In this document: piece after piece, positions 1-10,081 of the stretch
How the letters are laid out: every line of letters starts with the position of its first letter
Position numbering within the stretch: the first letter of the stretch is position 1
NCBI GenBank assembly: GCA_963752595.1
Contig: CAVVYZ010000001.1
Span: forward strand, 64,001 to 128,000
Source of the DNA: an uncultured delta proteobacterium
GTDB taxonomy: Bacteria > Desulfobacterota > Desulfomonilia > UBA1062
DNA length: 64,000 nt
Reading direction: 5' to 3'
Translations under genes and position numbers: made by a program
Notes under the pieces: generated by a model
The model's input: the letters and a program-made list of their open reading frames with translations, nothing else
What the model was told of the DNA's origin: nothing
Database searches by the model: none

Positions 1-114
1 TTCATTCTTGAATGGGAAGAGGAAGGTTGATTATTTATTATCGCTTAGCCTCGTTTTAGTTTCCATATCCGATAATCTGAAGTAAAATCCGACCATTTGC
101 AGGAGGAGGGTGAT

Positions 115-1794
115 ATGAATACAAGTTTCCGGTGCTGTTCGGCGGGGAAAATACTTGCGGCGGCCTGTTTCGCGGTATGCTTCTTCTTGGTGACGGGCCT
201 GTTCTTCACCGCCTCTGCCGATGAGCCGGCAGGTGAGGCACTGTCACGGCACGATCTCGTGTTCCTGCCTGCGTATAAACTTGCCGAGATGATCCGTACC
301 GGCAAGGTCACTTCGAGCGAGGCCGTAGAGGCATACCTGGACCGGATCGCAAAGGTCAATCCCCGCCTGAAAGCCATTGTCACCCTGGATGCCGACGGGG
401 CACGGAACCGTGCCCGGGAAGCAGATGAGGCCCTGCGCCGGGGTGAGGTCTGGGGGCCGCTCCATGGCGTTCCCATAACCATCAAGGACAACATAGCAAC
501 CAAAGGGATAAAAACCACCAGCAGCATGCCGGATCTGGCCGAATATGTACCTCAATACGATGCAACAGTCGTAGTGCGGCTGAAGAAGGCAGGTGCGGTC
601 ATCCTCGGCAAGACAAACCTTCCGCCCATGGCTATGGACCTGCAGACCAACAGCTTAATCTTCGGCATTGCGAACAATCCGTGGGATCTCAAGCGGACCA
701 CCGGAGGATCTTCCGGCGGAGAAGCAGCTGCTGTGGCCGCCGGACTTACCGCTCTCGGCTTCGGCAATGACATCGGCGGGTCTATCCGTATCCCCTCGCA
801 CTTCTGCGGTATCTACGGCATCAAGCCGACTGAGAACTTCACCTCCACCTTCGGCGTCTCTCCGGGGAGAAGAAGCTACGGCATCCGGGCTGTCCGCCAC
901 CTGACCTGCAGCGGCCCTCTTGCCCGTTCCATCGAAGATCTGAAGCTGGCGCTGTCCGTCATTGCCGGGCCGGATACGAAGGAGCCTGACATTCCCTGGG
1001 TAGATCTGGCACAGGCCCCTGACAGGGAGATAAAAGATCTTCGCATCACATGGACCGATAATTTTGACGATGTCCCGGTTTCGGCGGAGACTAGAGCGGC
1101 ACTGAAAGCCTTTGCCGAAAAACTCGAAGCCCGGGGTTGTAAAGTGGAGAGGCTGAAAGGCAGTATCTTCGAACCCCACCTTAAGGTCATGAGCGACGAG
1201 TGGAAGGATCTTTACGCTGTGAAGTCATCGGAGGTCATGGCAGTCGATTTCAAATCCGCATGGACCACCTACGGCAAGCTCATGGACTTCGAGCTCGGGG
1301 AATACCAGCCATCCTTTTTCAGGCTTGTGAGTTATCTGAGCGGGCGGTGGTACCGCAAGGGTGTCCCCATGATCACCATGGCCTATCCCCACAGCTATGA
1401 GAAATACCTGAAGACTATGACGGAAAGAGACTTTTTCGTCTCAGCAATGGATGCCTTTCTCTCGGAAAGGGATGTCCTCCTCTGCCCGGTGACCTCGACC
1501 CCTGCCTTCGAGCACATTGCTCCCTGGATGTACTTCGGTCCGTTCGCGGTTTATAAAGACCCGATGATCGTAGACGGCCGGCCCGTGAAATACCTGGTGG
1601 CGAATATGTCCTATACCACCATTTTCAACCTCACCGGCAACCCTGTAGTGGTGATCCCCATCGGCTATACGAAGGACGGCCTTCCCATCGGCGTCCAGAT
1701 CGTCGGGAAGCGCTGGCGCGACATGGAGCTGCTCGCTATCGCCGGGCAGATCGACAAGGTTGCATCTGCATACCGGAAGCCCTCCGGGTATTAA
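115..1794 (+). CDS. Amidase signature family protein with N-terminal signal peptide
   Basis: Motifs GVPITIKD (catalytic Lys), GGSSGGEAAAVAAG and GNDIGGSIRIPSHFCG (Ser-cisSer-Lys triad). SD AGGAGGAGG precedes the ATG at 115, and the N-terminus is hydrophobic. Confidence 0.93.
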   Translation: MNTSFRCCSAGKILAAACFAVCFFLVTGLFFTASADEPAGEALSRHDLVFLPAYKLAEMIRTGKVTSSEAVEAYLDRIAKVNPRLKAIVTLDADGARNRAREADEALRRGEVWGPLHGVPITIKDNIATKGIKTTSSMPDLAEYVPQYDATVVVRLKKAGAVILGKTNLPPMAMDLQTNSLIFGIANNPWDLKRTTGGSSGGEAAAVAAGLTALGFGNDIGGSIRIPSHFCGIYGIKPTENFTSTFGVSPGRRSYGIRAVRHLTCSGPLARSIEDLKLALSVIAGPDTKEPDIPWVDLAQAPDREIKDLRITWTDNFDDVPVSAETRAALKAFAEKLEARGCKVERLKGSIFEPHLKVMSDEWKDLYAVKSSEVMAVDFKSAWTTYGKLMDFELGEYQPSFFRLVSYLSGRWYRKGVPMITMAYPHSYEKYLKTMTERDFFVSAMDAFLSERDVLLCPVTSTPAFEHIAPWMYFGPFAVYKDPMIVDGRPVKYLVANMSYTTIFNLTGNPVVVIPIGYTKDGLPIGVQIVGKRWRDMELLAIAGQIDKVASAYRKPSGY

Positions 1795-2058
1795 CCGCGG
1801 AAGTGGTCTGATCACCTTATCTGCCTGCCGGTGAATTCTCGTTTGAAGATGTCATGGCCGGGAACGGCGGAATCTTAAACGAAAAAAGAGTAATCGTTGC
1901 GGGAAATTTCCTCTCGCATTCTCATGAACCTATTCATTTTAAGCAACATCATTATACTATGTGGTAGAACCATAAATCCTCAACCGGGAGGACAGCTCGC
2001 GTATCCCTTTTTGCGTGCATGAAAACGATAGTACCCGGTTCTCATCAACCATAGCCGA

Positions 2059-2918
2059 TTGAGAGCAAAAAAGAACGTGGATGAAAAGAACCGTTCAAAG
2101 CATAACGAAACAAGGATGAGACAGGAGTTCGAAGAGCTCAGTGCAGTCTACAGCTCGGTGCCTATCGGGCTGTGCGTCCTCGACAGGCACCTGAGGTATG
2201 TCAGGGTAAACAGGCGCCTGGCCGAGATCAACGGCGTTCCCGAAGCCGAACACATGGGAAAGAGTTTAAGCGAAGTCATCCCTTTTCCAGTCTCCGACAC
2301 GATCGAGTCTCTGGCCCGTAAAGTACTGGAAACCGGTGATCCGGTTTACAATAGAGAAATACCGGGGCCTTTGGTTTCCGGGCAGGCAGGACAGCGTTGC
2401 TGGAACGTTCATATGTTCCCCATCAAAGAAGAAAACGGCCAAGTGCGTGCAGTCAACATGACGGTCGAAGAGATCACCGAGCGCAAGCAGACCGAGTCGG
2501 CCCTGCGGGAGAGCGATGAACAATTCCGCGCCATGTTCGATCAACGAATGTGGGAATTGCCCAGGCCGAGCCTTTCACGGGGAGGCTTCTGCGCGTAAAC
2601 GAAACCTCTGCAAACATGCTCGGCTTCACCGTTACGGAATTGACCGGTACCCCGTTCTCTCAAGTGACGCACCCGGATGACCGTCAGGAAAACTGGGAAG
2701 GGTTCTCACGCCTCGTGCGGGGGGAAATAGGCACCTACATGGTCGAGAAGCGATTCCTCCGCAAGAATGGCGACATCGTATGGGCCCTGGTCACGGCCGA
2801 TCTTGTCCGGGTTCGGCACGGTGACCCTGAACGCCGTCATGTTCATCCACTCGAGAGGCGACTCGGCCCTGTTATCCCCTCAATTACATGCAATTTTTTA
2901 CAAATGTTTTACCCATGA
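2059..2918 (+). pseudogene. Tandem PAS/PAC sensor fragment, frameshifted and truncated, with no output domain
   Basis: ORF 2059-2598 has PAS features (PIGLCVLDRHLRYVRVNRRLAEING...EITERKQTESALRESDEQFRAMF). It continues in a shifted frame (2550-) with a second PAS (VTHPDDRQEN...EKRFLRKNGDIVWALVT), and similarity is lost after about 2810. Confidence 0.75.
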
Positions 2919-3076
2919 CATGCTCGAAACAGGATATAAGGACGGCATGCTGACCTATGTCATCATGATTGCCGGGGCATTCACCTTAAAGCCGCACTGC
3001 ATACGCAAAAGCGGTTCTGGTGTGAGCGAACATGCGCAAACCACTTCTTGGAACTATGGTTGGAGGATAGAGGGTA

Positions 3077-4162
3077 ATGAATTATGATCTGTTGTTTCTT
3101 GCCGGGAAAAACGCATGGGAGCGGATTCATGACGGAGGCCTCGCCCCCGAAGACATCACGGTTGTAGCAGGTGCCGCAGGGGCAGCCAAGTGGCTGGTCA
3201 TCTCCGAGCTCGACAAGATCATCTTCAGCCGGTGGATGAAAGACCGCATCAAGCCGCTTCTTCTGTACGGGACTTCAATCGGCTCATGGAAGCTTGCCTC
3301 AGCCACCCTGAGCGACCCGGTATCCGCGATCGACGCCCTTGCGGATGCCTATACCCAACAGCGATACAATGGCCGCATCACACCGAAGAAGGTCAAGGAG
3401 GAATGCCGCAAGATACTTGATGCATGCTTTCCCAAGGAGCGTATTTCGGAAATCCTCAACCACCCCGTGATGCGCTTCAACCTTACTGCAGTCAGATGCA
3501 GAGGCGTTACCGGCTCCGAAAAAATTTCCGTCCAGTTTCTCGGGCTCGCCTTGGCGTTTCTGCTCAACAGGGTCAGCCGTAAGTTTCTCTCGGTTTTCTT
3601 CGAGCGGGCGTTCTTCTACGATCCCCGGGAGAATCCGGCCTTCTTCCAAAAAAGCGAGTTTCCCATCCAGAGGGTGCCTCTGGATGACGAGAATTTCCGT
3701 CATGCCCTGCTTGCCACAAGCTCCATACCCTTGGTTATGGGAGGGATACGGGACATCGCCGGCGCAGAAGCCGGTGTCTACCGGGACGGCGGTATCCTCG
3801 ACTACCACCCGGCATCATTTTCTCCGAAAGAGGAGAAAGGCATCATCCTCTATCCGCATTTCTCCACCAGGCTCATTCCCGGATGGTTCGACAAGAAGAT
3901 TCGCAGGCGCAGCGCCGACCCTGAACACATGAAGGACATGCTCATGCTGGTTCCCTCGCCTGAGTTCGTTTCCCGCCTCCCCTACGGCCGCATCCCCGAC
4001 AGGGCGGACTTCAAGACCTTTGACGGCCGTGATGCGGAGCGGATAGCCTTCTGGAAGGAAGCGACATCCAAGGGAAAAAGGCTGGCAGACGCCTTCATGG
4101 AAAGCGTGCTCAGCGGATCGATCCGGACACAAGTCAGGAGACTGGAAGCTCTTCCGAGTTAG
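3077..4162 (+). CDS. Patatin-like phospholipase family protein
   Basis: Gly-rich AGAAGAAKW, nucleophile elbow GTSIGSW and DGG motif (YRDGGILDYH); SD GGAGG/AGAGGG upstream. Confidence 0.8.
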   Translation: MNYDLLFLAGKNAWERIHDGGLAPEDITVVAGAAGAAKWLVISELDKIIFSRWMKDRIKPLLLYGTSIGSWKLASATLSDPVSAIDALADAYTQQRYNGRITPKKVKEECRKILDACFPKERISEILNHPVMRFNLTAVRCRGVTGSEKISVQFLGLALAFLLNRVSRKFLSVFFERAFFYDPRENPAFFQKSEFPIQRVPLDDENFRHALLATSSIPLVMGGIRDIAGAEAGVYRDGGILDYHPASFSPKEEKGIILYPHFSTRLIPGWFDKKIRRRSADPEHMKDMLMLVPSPEFVSRLPYGRIPDRADFKTFDGRDAERIAFWKEATSKGKRLADAFMESVLSGSIRTQVRRLEALPS

Positions 4163-4267
4163 CCGGCGTGCCGGGACCGTTATGCCAATCGGCCGATCCT
4201 CGCTCTGACCGGGCGGGAAGCAAGACCTGATCCACATTCGATTAACCGTCCTTCCGGCATCCGTCCT

Positions 4268-4531
4268 TCAAGCAGGCGGAAAATAGTGGCTCAAGTAATC
4301 CGCTATCTCCAGCGGAGGGTAGGGGAATGCGAGCAGGCAACCAGTGCTGTCAGTAAGCGCATCCATATCCTGCCGGATGACATCCGAAGGCATCACCTCC
4401 TGTTCATAGTCTCCGGGGATATTTTCATTTCCTGTCCGGTAACTGTCAGTCCGCATTGTCCTTTCCATTCCTCCCTTTGTTCGCGATCTTTCATCTCCCA
4501 GTGCTGAAGGGCATTCAGATCTCGTTGACAT
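4268..4531 (-). CDS. Small hypothetical protein (87 aa)
   Basis: ATG preceded by a strong SD (AAAGGAGGT on the minus strand); no recognisable motif. Confidence 0.5.
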   Translation of the reverse strand: MSTRSECPSALGDERSRTKGGMERTMRTDSYRTGNENIPGDYEQEVMPSDVIRQDMDALTDSTGCLLAFPYPPLEIADYLSHYFPPA

Positions 4532-4751
4532 AGTCCCACCTCCTTTGAAGCCTCTCTTCTGTCGTTGGGTGATAGGAGGTAATGTGTCTGTAGGGTCTCT
4601 TTAGGAATATTCAAGATAGATGAGATGATTCCAGTTCTTTCTTTTGTGCCCGGATACGAAATTGGGATTCTCACTGCAAAGCTGAATTGATTTACCTTCT
4701 TGGGAATTCATTATTCATTATGTAGATCATCAAACAAGATAGCACGATAAG

Positions 4752-4996
4752 ATGACTGTAAAAGGATATATCATAAGAGAAGCTGAGACGCATGATGCAT
4801 CCGCCATTGCCTCGCTCATCACCCAGCCGGGGTACCCCGTTTCCACGGAAGAGATGGCGGGGAGAGTAAAGATCCTGTTCTCAATGCCGCAATATATGAC
4901 CTTTGTCGCAGAGGCTGGGGGCGATGTTGTCGGGCTTGTCGGGGCCTATATGGGGCATTCCTGGAGTTCTCAGGGATGTATGGAAGGCTGCGGTAA
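4752..4996 (+). pseudogene. GNAT N-acetyltransferase (PhnO-like) N-terminal remnant
   Basis: IIREAETHDASAIASLITQPGYP...TFVAEAGGDVVGLVG is a typical GNAT N-half. After a frameshift it reads LEFSGMYGRLR then stop, and the acetyl-CoA motif (RxxGxG) is absent. Confidence 0.65.
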
Positions 4997-5149
4997 GCAT
5001 ACCTTCAGAGAAGAAGCTGCCTTACGGCTAATGACCGTGCAAAGGGGATGCGAAATGCCGAGTGAGAACACGAGGCTCTCGCTTTCACGCCGGACTCAAC
5101 ATTTGCGGCATTTGGGTCTACCCGGATTTTTCTCCTTAATGTCTATGCA

Positions 5150-6019
5150 TTGATGAGACCCGGGAGAGAAAGGGGACAGGTGCCTGTGACACGGAAGAAA
5201 GGGCTTAAGACCGATGCTGTTCCACCCGTATATATCGTGTCCGGGGGGACCGGATCCAGCGGCGAGCAGATCGTGAACACGGTTCTTGCTCAGTTCCCTG
5301 AGAGCAAAGTTCCCATGATTACCATCGGGAGCGTGTGCGATAAGGAGCAGGTCGAAAGCATTATCACACAGGCAAGAGAGACCGGCGGCACGATCGTGCA
5401 CACCCTGGTCGATGGAAGACTCAGGGGCATGCTGACGGACTCGGCACGGGACCGGAATGTCGAGGAGGTGGACCTCATGGGCCCGCTGCTGAAACGTCTC
5501 TCGTCAGTTCTCTACCGGGAACCTCTCGGCAGGCCGGGTCTCTATCGCAAGCTCCATGAGCCGTATTTCATGCGTATCGCTGCTATCGAGTACACCCTGG
5601 ACCATGACGACGGGCAAAACCCTAAAGAATGGTACAAGGCTGATGTCGTGCTGGCCGGTGTATCCCGCAGTGGAAAAACCCCGCTCAGTATATATTTATC
5701 CGTTCTGGGCTGGAAGACAGCCAATTATCCTGTTGTCCCCGGAGTTTCCGTTCCCAAGGAACTGTTTGGACTGGACCCTAAGCGGGTTTTCGGGCTGATT
5801 ATCGACCCGGACCGTTTGATGAAGACCCGGTCGCAGAGGCTCGCCCGGTTCGGCGTATCAGATCATACGCCCTACACGGACCCGTCCATGATCGAAGAAG
5901 AGATCCGGACTGCCAGGAAGATATTCAGGAAAGGCGGGTTCCACGAAATAGACATGACGGATAAAACCATTGAGGCCTGCGCATCAGAGATCATCAGACA
6001 CATCAGCCGGATTCAATGA
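5150..6019 (+). CDS. ppsR: PEP synthase/pyruvate phosphate dikinase regulatory kinase-pyrophosphorylase (DUF299)
   Basis: Motifs VYIVSGGTG, IEYTLDHDDG, ADVVLAGVSRSGKTPLSIYL and KTANYP. The true start may be the GTG near 5180. Confidence 0.9.
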   Translation: MMRPGRERGQVPVTRKKGLKTDAVPPVYIVSGGTGSSGEQIVNTVLAQFPESKVPMITIGSVCDKEQVESIITQARETGGTIVHTLVDGRLRGMLTDSARDRNVEEVDLMGPLLKRLSSVLYREPLGRPGLYRKLHEPYFMRIAAIEYTLDHDDGQNPKEWYKADVVLAGVSRSGKTPLSIYLSVLGWKTANYPVVPGVSVPKELFGLDPKRVFGLIIDPDRLMKTRSQRLARFGVSDHTPYTDPSMIEEEIRTARKIFRKGGFHEIDMTDKTIEACASEIIRHISRIQ

Positions 6020-6553
6020 AGAACTCTTTACGCCGGGCTCAAGAGGAACCCTCTGATTGATCAACCATCGGGCGGGAATGAGAGGTGAGGGCTTCAGTGT
6101 TTTTCGGGTCTGGTTCGCTTTTTTCCTCTGATTACAATTTATCCCGCAGTACCGGCTTATGGCAAGATGTACAGCGATCAGGCCGGTGACGGTTTCCGTG
6201 TCGGGTCTTTCGTGCTTGACTTATCCATACTTATTGCATAAGGATGGGCTCCATCTGAATTGCGATTTAGTTTTACCGGGTCTTTTATCCACGTTGATAT
6301 CAGATAGCCTTATCAGGGCTTGCCGTTGATACTTCTTCCGTTGTTCAGAAATATAAGAACAAATACGGCATGGAGAAAGTAGCACGGTATTGAGGAACAA
6401 AAGGTCATCAATCATCAGGAATGCATCTTTTCAAGAGTAATCTTAAACGAATAAGCTTCATTCTGAAGAGCGAATGTCCGATAGTATCGTGGAAAACCCG
6501 GCGGGCTAATTTGATATGCCGCTGATAAGGCTGCTGTAACGAAGGAAAATTAT

Positions 6554-6751
6554 ATGGCAAGAAAAACGAATTATTCTTTTCAGAAATCAGAACGCGAAAA
6601 GATCCGCCAGAAAAAGAAAAAGGAAAAGCTGGACAGGAAGCAGGAAGCCAAGGATCGCAAGACTGCCTTAAATGAAGAGGGCGAAGAAATCGACCCCGAT
6701 ATTGCCGGCATTGAACCGGGCCCGCAGGCTGCCATCAAGCCGGAAGAATAG
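6554..6751 (+). CDS. Small protein with basic N-half and acidic C-half (65 aa) upstream of the DEAD-box helicase
   Basis: SD GAAGGA before ATG; NYSFQKSEREKIRQKKKKEKLDRK basic helix and DPDIAGIEPGPQ tail. Confidence 0.7.
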   Translation: MARKTNYSFQKSEREKIRQKKKKEKLDRKQEAKDRKTALNEEGEEIDPDIAGIEPGPQAAIKPEE

Positions 6752-6844
6752 CCCCCCATAAAACCGACAAAACACTTTGACCCGGAAAGTTCCGGCAAAA
6801 AGAAAATCTATGGAATAACACCAGATAAAAACAAAGGAGTATTA

Positions 6845-8095
6845 ATGAAATTTGATGCATTTGATCTTCACCAGGACATTATCAGGGCCATTGCAAACAA
6901 CGGGTACGAAGTGCCGACCCCCATTCAGGCAGAGGCCATTCCATCCATACTGACAGGGCACGACCTTCTCGGCCTGGCACAAACCGGAACCGGCAAGACC
7001 GCAGCATTCGTGCTGCCGATTATCCATCATCTCATGGAAGGGCATCGCCGGTGCGTACGTGCACTGATCCTCGCCCCGACACGCGAGCTGGCTGCCCAGA
7101 CAAATGAAGCTGTAAAGCTTTTCAGCAGAGGCACCGGTCTCCGCAGCGTGGTCATCTACGGAGGAGTGGGCATGAGCCCCCAGATCGAGGCCCTGAAACG
7201 CGGCGTCGAGATCGTGGTGGCATGTCCGGGCCGTTTGCTCGACCATATTTCCCAGAAAAGGATCGATTTTTCCCGGCTTGAGACCCTCGTAATCGACGAG
7301 GCAGACCGCATGTTCGATATGGGCTTCCTTCCGGACGTCCGCCGCATCGCCGGCCATCTCCCCAGGAAGCGGCAGACACTGCTTTTTTCCGCCACCATGC
7401 CCGATGATATCCGCCACCTGGCCGATGATATGCTGCACGATGCAATTACGGTGCAGATCAGACATACGAAGCCGATTGAAACGGTATCCCATGCGCTCTA
7501 CCCGGTGGAGCACCACCTGAAGACGGCACTTTTGAGGGAGCTGCTGAAAGCCACCGATACGGATTCGGTTCTCGTATTCACCCGCACAAAACATCGCGCC
7601 GAGCGTCTTGCGCACCAGCTTACGCATGCAGGCTTCCGTGCGACTTCGCTCCAGGGCGATCTCTCGCAGAGCAAGCGCGAGAAGGCCATCGAGGGCTTCC
7701 GCAGGGGCTCATTCCAGATACTCGTTGCCACCGATATCGCTGCGCGCGGCATCGATGTTTCGGCAATCTCCCATGTCATAAATTTCGATATGCCGGATAC
7801 CGCTGATGCCTATACACACCGCATCGGCCGTACGGGCCGAGCCGAGAAAACCGGCGACGCCTTCACGTTCGTCACGCGCGACGATGCGGACATGGTCCGG
7901 ACCATTGAGAAGATCCTTGGTGAGAAACTGGAGCGGAAAACCCTGCCCGGCTTCGATTACAGCAAGCCGGATGAGAGACCTTCCCAGGCAGCGGGCCCAC
8001 GGTCCCGGCAGCATAATCCGCGCATGGCCCGCCCTGCGGTTCGCCGTTCGGAAAACCCACGATCACGCGGGGACAGGCGTATATCACAGGCATAA
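6845..8095 (+). CDS. rhlE: ATP-dependent DEAD-box RNA helicase (RhlE-like)
   Basis: Q motif PTPIQ, AQTGTGKT, PTRELA, DEAD, SAT, ARGID, HRIGRTGR and an Arg-rich C-tail; SD AAGGAG. Confidence 0.92.
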   Translation: MKFDAFDLHQDIIRAIANNGYEVPTPIQAEAIPSILTGHDLLGLAQTGTGKTAAFVLPIIHHLMEGHRRCVRALILAPTRELAAQTNEAVKLFSRGTGLRSVVIYGGVGMSPQIEALKRGVEIVVACPGRLLDHISQKRIDFSRLETLVIDEADRMFDMGFLPDVRRIAGHLPRKRQTLLFSATMPDDIRHLADDMLHDAITVQIRHTKPIETVSHALYPVEHHLKTALLRELLKATDTDSVLVFTRTKHRAERLAHQLTHAGFRATSLQGDLSQSKREKAIEGFRRGSFQILVATDIAARGIDVSAISHVINFDMPDTADAYTHRIGRTGRAEKTGDAFTFVTRDDADMVRTIEKILGEKLERKTLPGFDYSKPDERPSQAAGPRSRQHNPRMARPAVRRSENPRSRGDRRISQA

Positions 8096-8267
8096 TTTTT
8101 TCCGCATCAGTGGTCAGGTCTTGCTTTTTCAATACTCTATATTGAAAAAAAGCAAGATGTGACCCTGATCTTCCCGACAATTCCCATCACCTTTCGTGGC
8201 GGAAGACTTTTTCTGCAGGGTCAGTGTGTGAAAGACTGCAGGCAGGATCTGCCCCCATTGGTGCTCT

Positions 8268-8621
8268 TTATTTTGCGATAGCCCGCTGCCTTGTCTGTAC
8301 CGGCCCTTCACCTTCTTCTTCGGCCCGGATGCCCGATTTGGCCCCTGGTGCTATCTGTGTCCTGGGAGCGGTATTGCCCCAGTCCCAGCTGCCCTTTATC
8401 ATGCTGCCTTTTGCTCTGACTTTGTCACCCACCTTGATGCCTGCCGGCGAGGTTGTCTGAAATATCTTCTCCACCCCTGCGTCACTCTTTATCGTTACCG
8501 TGCTTCCCTGGATCTTCGTAACCGAGCCGTAGAAAAAATCGTCCCATGTTTCGGCAAAACCCAAGCCCGCTACGCCCAGAATGAATGCCGCCGCGCCGAT
8601 AAGAACAACAAACTTCCTCAT
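8268..8621 (-). CDS. Small secreted hypothetical protein (OB-fold-like)
   Basis: Signal peptide MRKFVVLIGAAAFILGVAGLGFA; GSVTKIQGSTVTIK...IKVGDKVRAKG pattern; SD GAGG upstream. Confidence 0.7.
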   Translation of the reverse strand: MRKFVVLIGAAAFILGVAGLGFAETWDDFFYGSVTKIQGSTVTIKSDAGVEKIFQTTSPAGIKVGDKVRAKGSMIKGSWDWGNTAPRTQIAPGAKSGIRAEEEGEGPVQTRQRAIAK

Positions 8622-8852
8622 GCTATTACCTCTTCCTTAACATCTTAAAAACCTTATGGAAAGTATACCATTACAGGTTCCAATAACAATAGAAGAAGAT
8701 CACGACATCGCCGCATTTATCTGAATCAGATTGACTTTGCATTCGCCGGGATTATCTTTTCCCCGTTGCCCGAGCTTTTGGGTGTATGCAATATCCTGGC
8801 TTTTCCTGGGGAGGGAAGTTTCAGCACGAACCTTTACGTTCAGGGAGGTTAT

Positions 8853-9914
8853 GTGGATATTCAATACAGTTTTCGTCTGTCTCTCGGCACCCTTTTCATG
8901 TGCATCTTTATGTTATCTGCCGTTCCCTCCGGGTATGCAGCTGTTTCCGACCCGCTTGACGTGCAGGTCTCCAATGTCAATTCAGGAGGGGGTTATTTCT
9001 CCTTTGTTCATCTCACCGACCTCCACATCGGTGAAGGCTCGGCCGATTACGGAACCCCGGGGTATGATGATGCCCCGCCCGCCGGTGATGTAGGCGTTCC
9101 TGCCCAGCTGCTGCGCAAGCAGGTCGACTGGATCAATGCAAACCTCAATGCCTACAATATCGATTTCGTCATTGTGACGGGAGACCTTACGCAGAGCGGA
9201 GAGAAGTCGGAGTTCCTGAAGGCCAAGGAAATACTTGATTCATTGCATGTTCCCTATGTCCCGATTCCGGGGAACCATGATGTGTGGCCGTATACCGACA
9301 GCCTGGAGGCTGCTTCGCCCATCGGGGATCAATACTTCAAGGAGATATTCGCATCCACGTTCAGTAACCTGCAGAGCGTCATGCCCGGCTGGAATAACGG
9401 GACACGCCTTATCCAGGTCTGGAACCCCGAACACAGCTGCTACAGCTACTTCCAGAACTTTTCATTCAGCTACGGAAGCTACCATTTCGTCTGCTCCGAC
9501 TTCGTGACGCGCGGACATGCCTTGTCCGGCAGCGGGGCGAATCCGGAGGCCGACCTGCATAATTTCACCGGAGGCACCTGGCCGTGGTTCAAGTCGCGGT
9601 ACGACAGTTTCCCTCACGAGAACAGGGACGACATCCTCATTTTTGCACACCACCCGCTCACCAAGGACCCCTGGAACGGCATCTATTCTTTTTCCTACGG
9701 GGAATATAATACGGTGGCGAGCTTCCTCAACAACAGCTCGCATAAATACAATACCGGGCTCTTCAATGCCGGGCACATGCACCGGAACTCCGCATACAAT
9801 ATTAAAACCCTCGGCTTCCCGCCGAGCACCATCTGTCCCGGAATTGAAACGAACGCAGCAAAGAACGACGGAGGCCACCTCAGGGTCATCAAGGTCTGGA
9901 ATGCATCATTTTAA
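8853..9914 (+). CDS. Secreted calcineurin-like metallophosphoesterase
   Basis: DLH, GD (VTGDLT), GNHD, HH and GHxH (AGHMH) motifs. GTG at 8853 follows GGGAGG, and a signal peptide-like segment follows the start. Confidence 0.88.
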   Translation: MDIQYSFRLSLGTLFMCIFMLSAVPSGYAAVSDPLDVQVSNVNSGGGYFSFVHLTDLHIGEGSADYGTPGYDDAPPAGDVGVPAQLLRKQVDWINANLNAYNIDFVIVTGDLTQSGEKSEFLKAKEILDSLHVPYVPIPGNHDVWPYTDSLEAASPIGDQYFKEIFASTFSNLQSVMPGWNNGTRLIQVWNPEHSCYSYFQNFSFSYGSYHFVCSDFVTRGHALSGSGANPEADLHNFTGGTWPWFKSRYDSFPHENRDDILIFAHHPLTKDPWNGIYSFSYGEYNTVASFLNNSSHKYNTGLFNAGHMHRNSAYNIKTLGFPPSTICPGIETNAAKNDGGHLRVIKVWNASF

Positions 9915-10081
9915 TGCGTTCGAAAGAGATTGAACGTCACCAACCCGTAACCGGCTAAGGCATCAGAGAGATGAAAAAGTTCTGCGGCCTTTTTTTTAGA
10001 CGAGCTCTTCATAGGGCTCATTCTACTGGAAAACCGGTTTGTAAATTCGATTTAATGGGCTTATAATACAATAATACAAGT

